Positions 38,064-50,894 of a DNA stretch of 64,000 bases are shown one piece after another (within the stretch, counting starts at the first letter, position 1; every line of letters starts with the position of its first letter). The notes under the pieces are model-generated. The model was given only the letters and a program-made list of their open reading frames with translations. It ran no database searches and had not been told where the DNA came from. The position numbers were made by a program, and so were the translations under genes. The DNA comes from Malacoraja senta (Eukaryota): positions 5,766,001-5,830,000 of the forward strand of contig CM075991.1 of the NCBI GenBank assembly GCA_038087875.1, given 5' to 3'.

Positions 38064-40021
38064 ATGGAATATCCAGCAATTTACTACATAGCCGCCACTT
38101 TCTACCCTGTACTTGTGGCGGTTGGTATTCCTGGTAAGATACTGGGACGAGTAGGTTTAGTTTTGTACAGAAAAACTGCGCGGAAAGAGGCCCTTCGATC
38201 AACCGAGTCCGCGATAACCAGCAATTCACGCACACTGACGGCACACGCTAGCGACAATTTACAATTGTACCAAGCCAATCAGCCTACAAACCTGTGCATC
38301 TTTGGAGTGTGGGCGGATACCGGAGATCCCGGAGAAAAACCCAAGAAGATCACGGGGAGAATGTACAAACTCCGTGCAGGATCAAACCCGGGTGGTTAGC
38401 GCTGCCAGGCAGCACATTTAACGCTGCGCACCGTGCCGCCCTGCGTGCAGTTCTCCTTCCTTTCTGTATCTGCTGCACTGAAGAATAGTCGCTTTGATAC
38501 CCAGCCCAGATGCTGCCTCAGCTGACGAGTGTCTTCGGAAGGTTCAGGCTTCAGCGTCTGTTTTATTTCTGGCATTTTGTTCTTATTAATGTGTGGTTCT
38601 TTTGTCAATCAGGTCAGTTAATTTAGAGCTAATGTTTACATTTTTTCAGCATGTAACCGTATTCAAATTGGTTCTGGTGCATATTCTTCAAGCTCTGGGT
38701 CTCATTAATACAGACTTTTCCACCAAGAGTCAGCTAATGAGGAATGTATACATGTCTGTCAACATGCCTGTTGAATTATCACAACTAGCTGAAACACCTT
38801 CCGGGTTTTCGTTCTCTGATTCATTTGCCAGTTTTGATTTTATGACTGCGTTTCCACTTGCTACGTCTGATATGTCGGAGGAAGCAGTTCTCCCTGAGTC
38901 TAATGCTCTCTGATACAAGTTAATTTCGATTGACGCAACGACTCGAAATGACTGTGATCAGTGCGTCGTAGACTTTAGGAGGCCGACTGTAAATTGCTGC
39001 AAATTACCGACACATCTGCCTCTTCGATCAGCACCGCTCTAAGTATTTCTCCGAACGGAAATTTGGTAAACTGGATCAGGTATTTGCTCATTGAAACTAA
39101 CGTTTTTTTTGGTTTCTTGCAGTTAATTTAACGGCGATTGTGATCCTCTCCCGGGGAAAATGTGGTCTCTCCAAATGCATCACCCGTTACCTAGTGGGAA
39201 TGGCAACAGCGGATCTAATGGTAGTTGTCATTGTTGCTGCAATTGAACAAGTTAATTACATATACGTTTACGCTAGTTCCTTGTTCATTGCACCGGTTTG
39301 CGCTCTGAACCTAGTACTAAGGGTTGTAACAATCGACTGTTCTGTTTGGTTCACCGTCAGTTTCACTTGCGATCGTTTTATGGCGATCTGTTGTCAAAAG
39401 CTACGTGAGCGCTACAGCACCGAGAGGGCAGCGTGTGTGATTATGGTGACTGTGGCTGTCGTCAGCTGCGCCCGGTCCATTCCCTTTTACTTTGCCGTGG
39501 AGCCTTCTGTCATAATTGACAACGTGCCTTGGCGTTGCGCCTTCTCAAAGGAGTACGCCACTTTGTCGGTTTGGAAAGGCTATGAGTTACTTGACAGCAT
39601 CTTAGCACCGTTGTTACCGATCGGTTTAATCCTGTTGTTCAATGGGTTAACTTGCAGACATATCATAGCGGCCAATAGAGTTCGCAGACGACTTCGGAAC
39701 AGCCATGAGAACAAGAAGGATACAGAGGTGGAGAACCGGAGAAAATCGATGATTTTGCTCTTCGCTGTATCAGGCAATTTCATAATATTTTCGATACCCT
39801 ATGTGGTTCATTCTCTGACATGGCAAGCATATAATTTCTTTTACACTGATAGATATTTGAGCAGCCCGGTATATATCCTGCAGCAGTTTGGATTTATGTT
39901 GCAGATTGTCAGTATGTGCACAAACACGTGTATCTATACACTGACACAGAGGAAATTCAGGGACCAGCTGAAGAGTGGAGTGAAATATCTACTCACATTG
40001 AATGGCCGATTATGTAGTTGA
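38064..40021 (+). CDS. GPR139/GPR142-like class A GPCR, intact, 322 aa (exon 1 38064-38133, exon 2 39123-40021)
   Basis: CCTG|gtaag donor and ttcttgcag| acceptor, both in frame (969 nt). GIPVNLTAIVILSRGKCGLSKC, MATADL, SVWFTVSFTCDRF.AIC, PFYF, NRRKS, CTNTCIY..TQRKFR. AATAAA at 40057-40062. Confidence 0.92.
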
Positions 40022-40244
40022 CGTGTAACTCTGATAGCAACTTGGATGAAATTTCAAATAAATGTCTTTAACAATTCGTACGTTCGGTAAAATACCATAA
40101 AGTCAATGCAGGCCTGCGCTTGACAACCGAGAACTCGGTATACTCACGTCACGGTATTGGTCACGTTTGGAAAGTGTGGACACATGCTACCTGTTGCAGT
40201 TGTGATGTTGCATTGGTGGAATTATATTCCAAACCACTGGATCT

Positions 40245-40990
40245 TTTTCTTATTTTAATATTTAATTTTATTAGAAGTAAGTACAGTCATATGGCACCAA
40301 AGTGCCTAATATATATTTGCATAATACATTTTATGTACATCTTTTTTTTATTATAATAAAGAAGAATAAGAAAAATAAATTAGATAATAAAGAATAGAAA
40401 AACGTGAGGTATAGTGTGTGAAAAAGAAAAAAAGAGAATGAAAGAGGAAAGTTGAAGAAAAGAGAATAGGAAAAAGAGTAAAAAATACAAATAAAAAGAA
40501 ATAAGGAGATCATTATTTATAATCGACCATCCCCCACCCAGTCCTGAAACAGTTCGTTTCTACAATTATGTTGTACTATATGATTCCAAAAAGACGACAA
40601 ATGGAACTAACTCGTTAAGAATTGGTCTGATTTTTCTATTAGGAGGAATCACATTTCTTCAAGATGTGCGGTCCAACATGCTGGCGATCCACATTTTAAG
40701 CGTTGGTATTGGTGTATTTTTCCAAAATTTAAGTATTAGTTTTTTTTGCAATTATTAAACCATAATTAAAAAATAAATGTTGAGGTAAGTTCAATTTATT
40801 CCCATCTTCCATTACTCCAAATATAATAATTTCAGTATTAGGTTCCATTCCTATCTTGAATAATTTTGTAAATATATCAAAAATATCACTCGAAAATCTA
40901 TAACGTTTTATGCACGAAACAAAAGAGTGTGTTATAGTTGCGTTTTGGGATATACATTTATCACAAATGGGGGATATATTTGGATAGAAT
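40245..40990 (-). mobile_element. L1 3' fragment, the same insertion as at 13892
   Basis: Same junction after ccactggatcttt. Reads PICDKC..H.FVSC. Confidence 0.88.
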
Positions 40991-41007
40991 TTGTGATTTG
41001 GATAGAA

Positions 41008-41232
41008 CCCTATTTGGTTCATTCTCTGACATGGCAAACACGTAATTTCTTTTACATCGATAGATATTTGAGCAGCTCGGTATATATCCTGCAGAAGTTT
41101 GGATTTAAGTTGCAGATTGTCAGTATGTGCACAAACACGTGTATCTATACACTGACACAGAGGAAATTCAGGGATCAACTGAAGAGGGGAGTGAAATATC
41201 CACTCACATTGAATGGCCGATTATGTAGTTGA
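41008..41232 (+). pseudogene. Orphan 3' fragment of a fourth GPR139-like copy (TM6 end to stop, plus 3' flank to about 41452)
   Basis: PYLVHSLTWQTRNFFYIDRYLSSSVYILQ...CTNTCIYTLTQRKFR...LCS*. Confidence 0.88.
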
Positions 41233-41688
41233 CGTGTTACTCTGATAGCAACTTGGATGAAATTTCAAATAAATGTCTTTAACTATTCGTACGTTCGGTA
41301 AAATGCCACCAAGTCAATGAAGGTATGCACTTGATAACCGAGAACCCGGTATACTCACTTAAATTGGTCACGTTTGGAAAGTGTAAACACATGCTGCCTG
41401 TTGCAGTTGTGATGTTGCCTTGGTGGAATTATATTCCAAACCACTGGATCTTTGATCGCTGCAACATACTTTGAGATATCTGGAGAATATATTATAACTC
41501 AGAACTGGAACTCTGATGTCAGATGAATTGAACCGGAATATTTCGGTTTTCCATAGAATTACATCATTCCTGTGGACTAATGGTTCCTCAGTGAAACATT
41601 TCGCCGCTCATAACACAACTAAAATGTAGCAGCTGGTGAAAGAACACTCTAACGCGGAGATTGTAGTTTTTGCTTGTTTTAGTATAAA

Positions 41689-41780
41689 CTTGACTAAGTG
41701 GGACCCGCTGGGTCCCATGTTCACACGGGAGGGCTGGTCCCCCAACGCAATATTTCACCTCTATCCACCAATTCCAATAT
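41689..41780 (-). mobile_element. Possible Helitron-type 3' terminus
   Basis: Hairpin tgggaccc-gct-gggtccca at 41699-41717, followed on the minus strand by cttagtCAAGt (CTAG-like). Confidence 0.35.
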
Positions 41781-41789
41781 TAATAAATG

Positions 41790-42215
41790 TCTCTGTAACC
41801 TTTTATCTTTGTCTTTCCCCAAAGCTAATTTTAAACTTACGTTTCTTGTTGTTTAGAAATCTCCCTCCCATATATCTAACATGTATTTACCATAAATGTC
41901 CAGATTGAGTCCGCTCGTAAAATAAGTCGTAAGTTAAACTTTGGGAGACTTGCCTGCTAAACACAATGACCAAAAGCACCTCTAATGCAAAATTGCAACG
42001 GATAAGAACGTAGACAGTACTAAAAAGGGCTATCATCCCCGACTGATAAGAATGCCCGCTCCTCAGCAGAATGTTTCATTTTTAGCTATTTTAACTACGT
42101 TCTATCTTGGCCATTTTCCCGTCATGCTCGCCAGTATGTGAGCTCCAGGGTTACTCAAACTATAACCTACTCATCTTCCTTATAATTCTCACAACTCTCT
42201 ACCTTTCCCCCTTTT
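41790..42215 (-). mobile_element. Polypurine tract and putative 3' LTR of the env-bearing element
   Basis: Minus strand aaaagggggaaaggtagagag (42215-42195), then TGTGAG at 42193. The far end of the LTR is not defined. Confidence 0.45.
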
Positions 42216-42245
42216 GGCAATTGGTCACACCCAATTAATCCATAT

Positions 42246-43627
42246 TTAACAGCACCCACTAATACACCTACTGAAAATAATTGTTGTCTGTTAACCCCTC
42301 TTCCCACCTGCCTAACTAACATCAGGGTTTTCAACATCCTGTGAAACTAAAACAAGAACAAAGTAATCACTATCAATAACTGTACAAAAACTAATCAAAC
42401 GGTGCACGTTAGTATTCAGTCCCCAGTTCCAGGCTCTTCCCCACCAAGTCCATTTTCTCAATATGTCCTCTGCTTCTCTGCCATGCATCCCAATAGGCTT
42501 AGTGCTCTCAGGCCAGTCAAGTATAACCATTTCACCCTCCTTGGTCAGTGTCTTCCAATCGGAATGGAAGTGTGGTATTTGTTGAAGTTGGTTTGCGATA
42601 AATCTTCTTAATGTCTCGTCCGAGTCATTCCGCACGACAAAGAAGCTTACTGTTATAGATTTTCCCACAGACAGTACCATTAATTTCTTGTCTCGGATAG
42701 CGATCTGTCTCGTTAAACCCCGGTTTACAATATTATGCCAACGTAGAGTACATTTCCGAGCAATCGTTCAATGCCACTTAGCAGAGGCAGCGACCTAATA
42801 TTTTCCCATTTATAGGCAACACTAGCAAAATAAGAATTAGGTTTTACCTCAATCGAAAGCTTACCATTATATAGTGAATAAATCCACAACCATCATACTC
42901 ATTATTTCTTATTTGATGACTCGGTCCAATATGATGCCCCTTGGTACTTTATCCATTATCACATTACTTTCAATAGCATTGTGCATTGTTATCGAAGCTC
43001 CTTGTTTATACTGCCCAATAATATGCAACTGGTGTAGGATAAATGTCTTATTCTTCAGCTGGCGTGGGACATGGAGAACAACTGCAAAAATAAATGTTTC
43101 CTGAGCATCTTGGTATATCCGATCCACTTGCCTCGCTATAGACAACGATCATACGTGACAGTCATATTGCATATGTTGACTCCAATTTTCCAGTTGATGA
43201 TTCGATATAAAATTGGGGACTTGGTGGGTAGATACCATTAGAATGCCACCATGCACCTGACACATTAGCCAGTTGGAATAAATACCACATACCTGTTCCC
43301 TACGCGCATTCTGAGAAATATTACTCAGTAGATTACTCAGTCTATCGTTCTGTTTATTGTGTCCTCATAGGGTTTAAGAATTTTATCTCCCGTAAGAAAG
43401 ATTTGCAATGCTAAGTGTCTCGGCATCTTTAAATCCCAGTACGGCCACTTTACACATCTTCTTTCAAACTGTTCTAATGTCACAATAAGTTCAGCTACAT
43501 CCATCACATTAACCCGTGGATAACTCTGTTGCACATCCAGCGCCCATTATCTCTATAAATTCCCTTCATGTTCTATGTGTTTTATTCATTTCAACTTCAC
43601 GTTCCTTTCCACTTCCACTTCCACTTC
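42246..43627 (-). pseudogene. Env-like fusion glycoprotein from the furin site to the TM/tail
   Basis: HRT*R/EFIEIMGAGCATELST(fs)VNVMDVAELIVTLEQ ... EQVCGIYSNWLMCQ ... HQVPNL ... FIFAVVLHVP ... WTWWGRAWNWGLNTNVH. Confidence 0.65.
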
Positions 43628-43639
43628 TCGAATCAATGA

Positions 43640-46340
43640 CAAGGAAAGATTGACAATGGACAACAGAGTAAGGTCAGGTCCAATTGCGAGCGGTGCGAGG
43701 GTGGAAGTGAATACGGAGGTCAAAGTACTGTGTATGAATGCGCGAAGTATATGGAATAAAGCGGACGAGTTTGAGGCTCAGTTAGAAACTGGCAAGTTTG
43801 ATGTTGTGGGAATTACTGAGACATGGCTGCAAGGGGGCCAGGGCTGGGAACTGAATATTCAATGGTATACCTCCTTACGAAAAGACAAACAGGTGGGCAG
43901 AGGGGGTGGGGTTGCCCTGTTGGTGAGGAATGGAATTCAGTCCCTTGCAAGGGTTGACATTGAAACACGAGATGTGGAGTCAGTATGGATAGAACTAAGG
44001 AATTGGAATGGTAAAAATACCCAAATGGGACTAATCTACAGGCCCCCAAACAGTAGCCTGGACATAGGGCGCAAGTTGAATCAGAAGTTAAAATTGGCAT
44101 GCAGCAAAAGTAATGCTGTGGTTGTTATGGGAGATTTCAACGTGCAGGTAGACTGGGAAAATCAGGTTGGTACTGGACCCCAAGAAGGGGACTTTGTAGA
44201 GTGCCTTCGTGATGGATTCATCGAACAGCTTGTATTGGAGCCTACCAAGGAAAAGGCAATCTGGATTTAGTGTTATGTAATGAACCGGATTTGATAAAGG
44301 ACCTCGAGGTTAATGAGCCATTTGGAGGCAGTGACCATAACATGGTCAGGTTTAATCCACAGTTGGAGAGGGCGAACAGTACATCGGAGGTGTCAGTGTT
44401 GCAGTTGTATAAAGGGGACTATGGGACCATGTGGGAGGAGCTGGCCAAAGTTGACTGGAAAGATACACTAGCAGGGATGACAGTGGAACAAAAATTGCAG
44501 GTGTTTCTAGGAATAATACAGAAGGTGCGGGATCAGTTCATTCCTAGGAGGAAGAATGATTCCAAGGGGAGAAAGGGACGACCATGGCTGATAACGGACG
44601 TCAGGGACAGTATAAAAATTAAAGCGAAGAAGTACAAGGTAGCAAAGATGAGCGGGAAGCAAGAGGATTGGGTAATGTTTAAAGAACAACAGAAGATAGC
44701 CAAAAAGGCAATACGGGGAGAAAAGATGAGGTACGAAGGGAAGCTAGCCAAGAATATAAAGCAGGATAGTAAAAGCTTCTTTAGGTATGTGAAGAGGAAA
44801 AAATTAGTTAAGACCAAAGTTGGACCCTTGAATACCGAAAAGGGTGAATTTATTATGGGGAACAAAGAAATGGCAGATGAGTTGAACAAGTACTTGGGAT
44901 CTGTCTTCACTAAGGAGGACACAAACAATCTTCCTGATTTAATAGTCGCCAGAGGGTCTGGGGTGACAGTGGAACTGAAGGAAATCCACATTAGGCAGAA
45001 AATGGTGTTGGATAGGCTGATGGGACTGAAGGCTGATAAATCCCCAGGGCCTGATAGTCAGCATCCCAGGGTACTTAAGGAAGTGGCTCTAGAAATCGTG
45101 GATGCATTGGTGATAATTGTCCAATGTTCTATAGACTCGGGATCAGTTCCTGTGGATTGGACGGTAGCTAATGTTATCCCACTTTTTAAGAAAGGCGGGA
45201 GAGAGAAAACGGGTAATTATAGACCACTTAGCCTGACATCGGTGGTGAGGAAGATGCTGGAGTCAATTATAAAAAATGAGATAGCCGCACATTTGGATAG
45301 CAGTAACAGGATCGGTCCGAGTCAGCATGGATTTGCGAATGGGAAATCATGCTTTACTATTCTTCTGGAATTTTTTGAAGATGTAACGAGGAAAATGGAC
45401 AATGGAGAGCCAGTGGATGTAGTGTACCTGGACTTTCCGAAAGCATTTGATTAGGTCCCACATAGGAGATTCAATTATGGCACATGGTATTGTGGGTAGA
45501 GTGTTGACATGGGTAGGGAAGTGATTAGCAGACAGGAAACAAAGAGTAGGGATTAACTGGTCCCTTTCAGAATGGCAGGCAGTGACAAGTGGGGTACCAC
45601 AAAGCTCTGTACTGGGACCGAGGCTATTTACAATATACATCAATGATTTGGATGAAGGAATTCAAAGTAACATTAGCAAATTTGCAGATGACACAAAGCT
45701 GGGTGGCAGTGTGAAGGGTGGGGAGGATTTTATGAGAATGCAGGGTGACCTGGGCAGGTTGGGAGAGTGGGCAGATGCATGGCAGATGAAGTTTAATGCG
45801 GATAAATGTGAGGTTATCCACTTTGGTAGCAAAAACAGGAAGACAGATTACTATCTAAATGGTGTCAAGTTGGGAAAAGGGGAAGTACAACGGGATCTGA
45901 GGGTCCTTTTATATCAGTCTATGAAAGTAAGCATGCAGTTACAGCAGGCAGTGAAGAAAGCAAATGGCATGTTGGCCTTTATAACAGGAGGAATCGAATA
46001 TAGGAGCAAAGAGGTCCGTCTGCAGTTGTACTGAGCCCTAGTGAGACCACATCTGGAGTATTGTGTGCAGTTTTGGTCCCCAATTTGAGGAAGTACATTC
46101 TTGCTATTGAGGGTGTGCAGCGTAGGATTACAAGATAAATTCCCGGGATGGCGGGACTGTCATATGCTGAGAGAATGGAGCAGCTGGGCTTGTGCACTAT
46201 GGAGGATGTGCACACTGAGAAGGATGAGAGGGTATCTCATTGAAACATATAAGATTGTTAAGGGCTTGGACAAACTAGAGGCAGAAACATGTTCCCGATG
46301 TTGAGGAAGTCCAGAACCAGGGGCCACAGTTTAAGAATAA
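43640..46340 (+). mobile_element. CR1 LINE ORF2 (APE+RT), degenerate, 3'-truncated
   Basis: LCMNARS, GITETW, GDFN, SDHN, KFADDTKL. It stops at cacagtttaagaataag with no 3' tail. Confidence 0.93.
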
Positions 46341-46356
46341 GAATGTTTAAGAATTA

Positions 46357-47685
46357 TTTTCCTCTGCATTGGTCCACGCTTGCTTCTGACATATTCGAGT
46401 AGCGTGGCAAACAGTATCTGGTTTTTGTTCACTCGTATTCGGGCTGGTTCGAAATCGACCTGCTCCAAAGCCCAACATCCGCTGCAGTAATCCAAAAGCT
46501 GGCGCGCCATTTCGCCATACACAGTGCCCCCGCACGCCACTTGTCAGATAACGGCAGTCAGTCAACTAGCCAGTGTTTTAGAAATTTTGCTCAACGACGG
46601 GATTTTCGCCATGTCACCAGCAGTCCAGAATTCCCACAATCAAGCGTACTTGCAGAACGGGCTGTCCGGAGCGCCAAGCAATTGATGGAGCGCTCACACG
46701 TTGCTAAATCCGATGTTTCACCTGCGAAACCTGCGAAACATCGCCTGTGACCCAATACTCGGGTCTCCTGCCCAACGCCTGATGTCCCGACATCCCGTGC
46801 TATACTTCCTGTGCCCCAACATCTACTGCAGCCACAGGTTCGTTCACCAATTGCCATCAGAAACAACTCGAACTGAAACGCGATACCCAAACACGATGTT
46901 TTGACCACTTAAACCTCTATCCAGTGGCCAAGTCACTCGCCTTCAAACCAACAAGGATTGGGCCGTTTGGGCTTCATCCACAATTCCGAAAAAGAGTCGC
47001 GCTCATGCCTGGTGAGTGCAGAGGGGGGATCTACAGGCGCAACCGTCAACATCTCCTTCCTGTCAAGGAACCACGTCCTGCTGTCTCGTATCCGGATGCG
47101 ACACGTTCGATCTACACATCTACTGACCGACTTTCTCCTCTCTCACGACGTGCAGCTGCAGACCAACCATTGATTGTGACTCCAGCTCCCTCACCACCAC
47201 GCTCGGTGCTCCGCCTGCCTGCCTCGCCGTGTTTGTCCCCCGGGTCCCCAGTGCTCCCGCCGCACGGTGAAGGGAGGAGATGCGGATCTGTACCGATGCG
47301 CGCGGGATGGGTTTGTAGGCCGCCCCTTAGATATGGGGACTTTGTTTGTATCAATAGTACGTATGCGCTATTACCGTTTCGGTTACATTATTAATCAGTC
47401 AGCACCTAGTAACGTGCTTCTACATATATATCACTTTTTTGTAGATGTGTTTCACTTTATATTCTTACAAGAAAGATGTAGTTTTGTTACTTTACCTACT
47501 AACTAATGTAGTGCTTTATTATTTAAAGCCACACCTACTACCACGCCATTAATATTATGGCAACCCGACATGCGCTGTCAGTCAGTACTTCTGCATGATA
47601 GGAGTAACATGCTGAAGTGTTTTGTATACGTTTCTTAATAAACATTGTTAAACCAGATCTGTGAGTATGTGTGATTTACTCAACA
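46357..47685 (+). mobile_element. Gypsy integrase fragment plus putative LTR (copy B)
   Basis: Duplicate of 22-1350. Confidence 0.85.
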
Positions 47686-49854
47686 AGCTTTTTGCCTGTT
47701 CCGCATCTCCTCCCGCTTACCTCAATGTTTTTCCGACTTGTTCCCGGAGCCGCGCTCCCATCGTTGTTGCCGCGGATCGCTCTCATGATCTCTGCCGGCC
47801 ATGCTGGATCGGTGAATAAAGTGTCTACAAACAAATGGGTTATGCTAAAGTATAAGTTTAAAAGTGTTTTACGGTCGACGAGTGTTAGTGCTGATGTGCT
47901 AGTCTGAAAGATATTAAAAATATAACTGATAGTTTAAAAAACTCACAATCTCCACGGAGCTGCCATGACTGCAACTGGAGCAGGCCGCGCCATCTTGAGA
48001 GGGCGTTCCTTCAGGAGCTGACTGTGACTGGACCCGTCGCGCCATCTCTTATACTTCTTTTACTTCGCGCATTCATATATAATACTTTTAATCCATTACT
48101 CGCCTCACCTTTCACATCGATTCTTATTTCACTTGGTCATACCTATCCCTTCGTGAGCTTTCTGCCCCGTTAATTCTGGTGTCTTTCTAAACTTTTCCTA
48201 TCCTTTCTATCCCTTTAACTCGATCCTTATATTTCCAATATGGCTGCCCCCCCCCCCCCCACACACACACACACACACACACCTCCCCCCACTATTTAGT
48301 TTACACCCACGTGTAGCAGTGGCAAACCGTCCTGGGATACTGAGTTGGATGAGGGATACTGAGTTGGATGAGGGATACTGAGTTGGATGAGGGATACTGA
48401 GTTGGATGAGGGATACTGAGTTGGATGAGGGATACTGTTGGATGAGGGATACTGAGTTGGATAAGGGATACTGAGTTGGATGATCAGCCATGATCATATT
48501 GAATGGCGGTGCAGGCTCGAAGGGCCGAATGGCCTACTCCTGCACCTATTTTCTATGTATCTATGTATCTATGTCCTGCCAGTATGCTGGTCCACCGCCT
48601 GTTAAGGTACAACAAGTGCGTTCTGTACAACTCACCCTTACCTCAAAACAGATACCTGTGGTCTAAGATTCTACATCCCTGCCTCCTGCATCAGCTCCTC
48701 AGCCACACATTCAGATCCCCTATCTCCCTGTTCCCGCCCTCACGAGCACAGGGAACTGGAAGCAAACCAGACATAACCACCCTGGAGGTCCTGTTTTCAG
48801 CCTTCTTCCGCGCTTTCTGAAGTCACGCTGCAGAATCTCTTTCCTCATTTCCCGCCGTCATTTGTGCCGACATGCACTACCACTTCCGGCTGCTCACTTT
48901 CCGCCATGAGGATGCTCTGTAATCGGTCCATGGCGACCTGGATCTTGGCACCAAGGAGGCAACACACCTTCCTTGAATCCCGCCTGTTATCGCAGAAACC
49001 CCTGTCTGTACCTTTCGCGATCGTTCCCGATTACTGCGGCTCTGCCTGACGTCTGTCACTTCGGCTTTGCTTCAGCGCTACGATTTGACTCGCAGGCCTA
49101 TCCCCCACTCAGAATGGCTGTCTCTTCTGTCCCGACAGCTTCCAAGAGGGTGAACCTGTTTTTCAAGAGGTACATCCCCCGGGGTCTCCTATACTCTCCA
49201 CCTTCCTTCCCTTCGTCATCGTCACCCACCTTCTCTCTTCAGGTACCTTCGGTGTAACGATCTCGCTGTATGCCCTGTCCAGCAAACCCTAGAGCAAGCC
49301 TTGCTTATATTGGCTGATAAATTGACCGATTAGCTAACTTACCATTTTTTGGTAATTACATTCCTCAGCCAATACCCTCACTCACTCTTTCACCTGCCGC
49401 TCCTCTGCCGACCTTGACTAACCTGCGCTTGGTCCCTATCCCTCCAAACCTGTATTAACCTTGCACCTGTCTAACTGTTTCATAAAGTATGGGATAGTCC
49501 CAGCCTCAACCACCTCTTCTGGCAGCTTGTACCACACACTCACTATCCTTTATGTGAAAAGGTTACCCCTCGGATTCCGATTCAATCATTTCCTTAAACC
49601 TAAGTCTTCTGGCAATCGATAGATCTATTCTGGGCCAGAGACTCTGTGCACCTACCCGATCTATTTCTCTCATGATTTTGTACACCTCTATAAGACCACC
49701 CGTCATCCTCCTGCTCTGCATGGAATAGACTACTCAACCTCTCCCTAAAGCTCACACCCTCCATTCCTAGCAACATCCTCATAAATCTTTTCTGAATATG
49801 ACAATATCTTTCCTATAACATAGTGCCCAGAAATGGACACAATATTCTAGCTGC

Positions 49855-50885
49855 TCAGGTATAGGGTGGCATTCAAATGTTCGCTACCCACCAAGTCCCC
49901 AATTTGATATCGAATCAACAACTGGAAAAAATGAGTCAAGATATGCAATATGACTGTCACGTAAGATCGTTGTCTATAGCGAGCAAAATGGATCGGATAT
50001 ACCAAGATGCTCAGGGAACATATATTTTTGGGGTCGTTCTCCATGTCCCACGCCAGCTGAAGAATAAGACGTTTATCCTATACCAGTTGCATATTATTGG
50101 GCAGTATAAACAAGGAGCTTCGATAACAATGCACTATGCTCTTGAAAATAATGTGATAATTGATAAAGTATCAAGGGGCATCATAATGTACCGATGTCAT
50201 CAAACAAGGAATAATGAGTAGGATGGAGTTTGGTTCATCATTTACTCATTATAATAACGGTAAGCTTTCGATTGATGTAAAACCTAATGCTTCTTTTGCT
50301 AGTGTTGCCCATAAATGGGAAAATATGAGGTCGCTGCCTCTGCTAAGTGGCATTGAACGAGTGGTCGGAAATGTACTCTACGTTGGCATAATATTGTAAA
50401 CCGGAGTTTTACGAGACAGATCACTATACGAGACAAGAAATTAATGGTACCGTGGGTGGGAAAATCGATAACAGTAAGCTTCATTGTCGTACGGAATGAC
50501 TCGGACGAGACATTAAGAAGATTTATCGCAAACAAATTTCAACCAATACCACACCTCCATGCTGATTGGAAGTTACTGACTAAGGAGGGTGAAATGGTTA
50601 TACATGACTGGGATGAGAGCACTAAGCCTATTCGGATGCATGGCAGAGAAGCAGAAGACATATTGGAGAAAATGGACTTGGTGGGAAAGAGCCTGGAACT
50701 GGGGACTGAATACTAACGTGCATCCTTTGATTAGTTGTTGTACATAATCATTCATAGTGATTACTTTGTTCTTATTTTTGGTTTCACAGGATAAGTTGAA
50801 AACCCTGATGTTAGTTAGGCAGGTGGGAAGAGGGGATAACAGACAACAATTAGTTTCAGTAGGTGTATTAGTGGGTGCTGTTTAA
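49855..50885 (+). pseudogene. Env-like C-terminal part (copy B)
   Basis: Duplicate of 3514-4544. Confidence 0.6.
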
Positions 50886-50894
50886 TATGGATTA

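Noticed and set aside
38064..40021. Assigning the symbol GPR139
   Set aside because: Family resemblance only. A multi-copy paralog cannot be called the ortholog without phylogeny or synteny.
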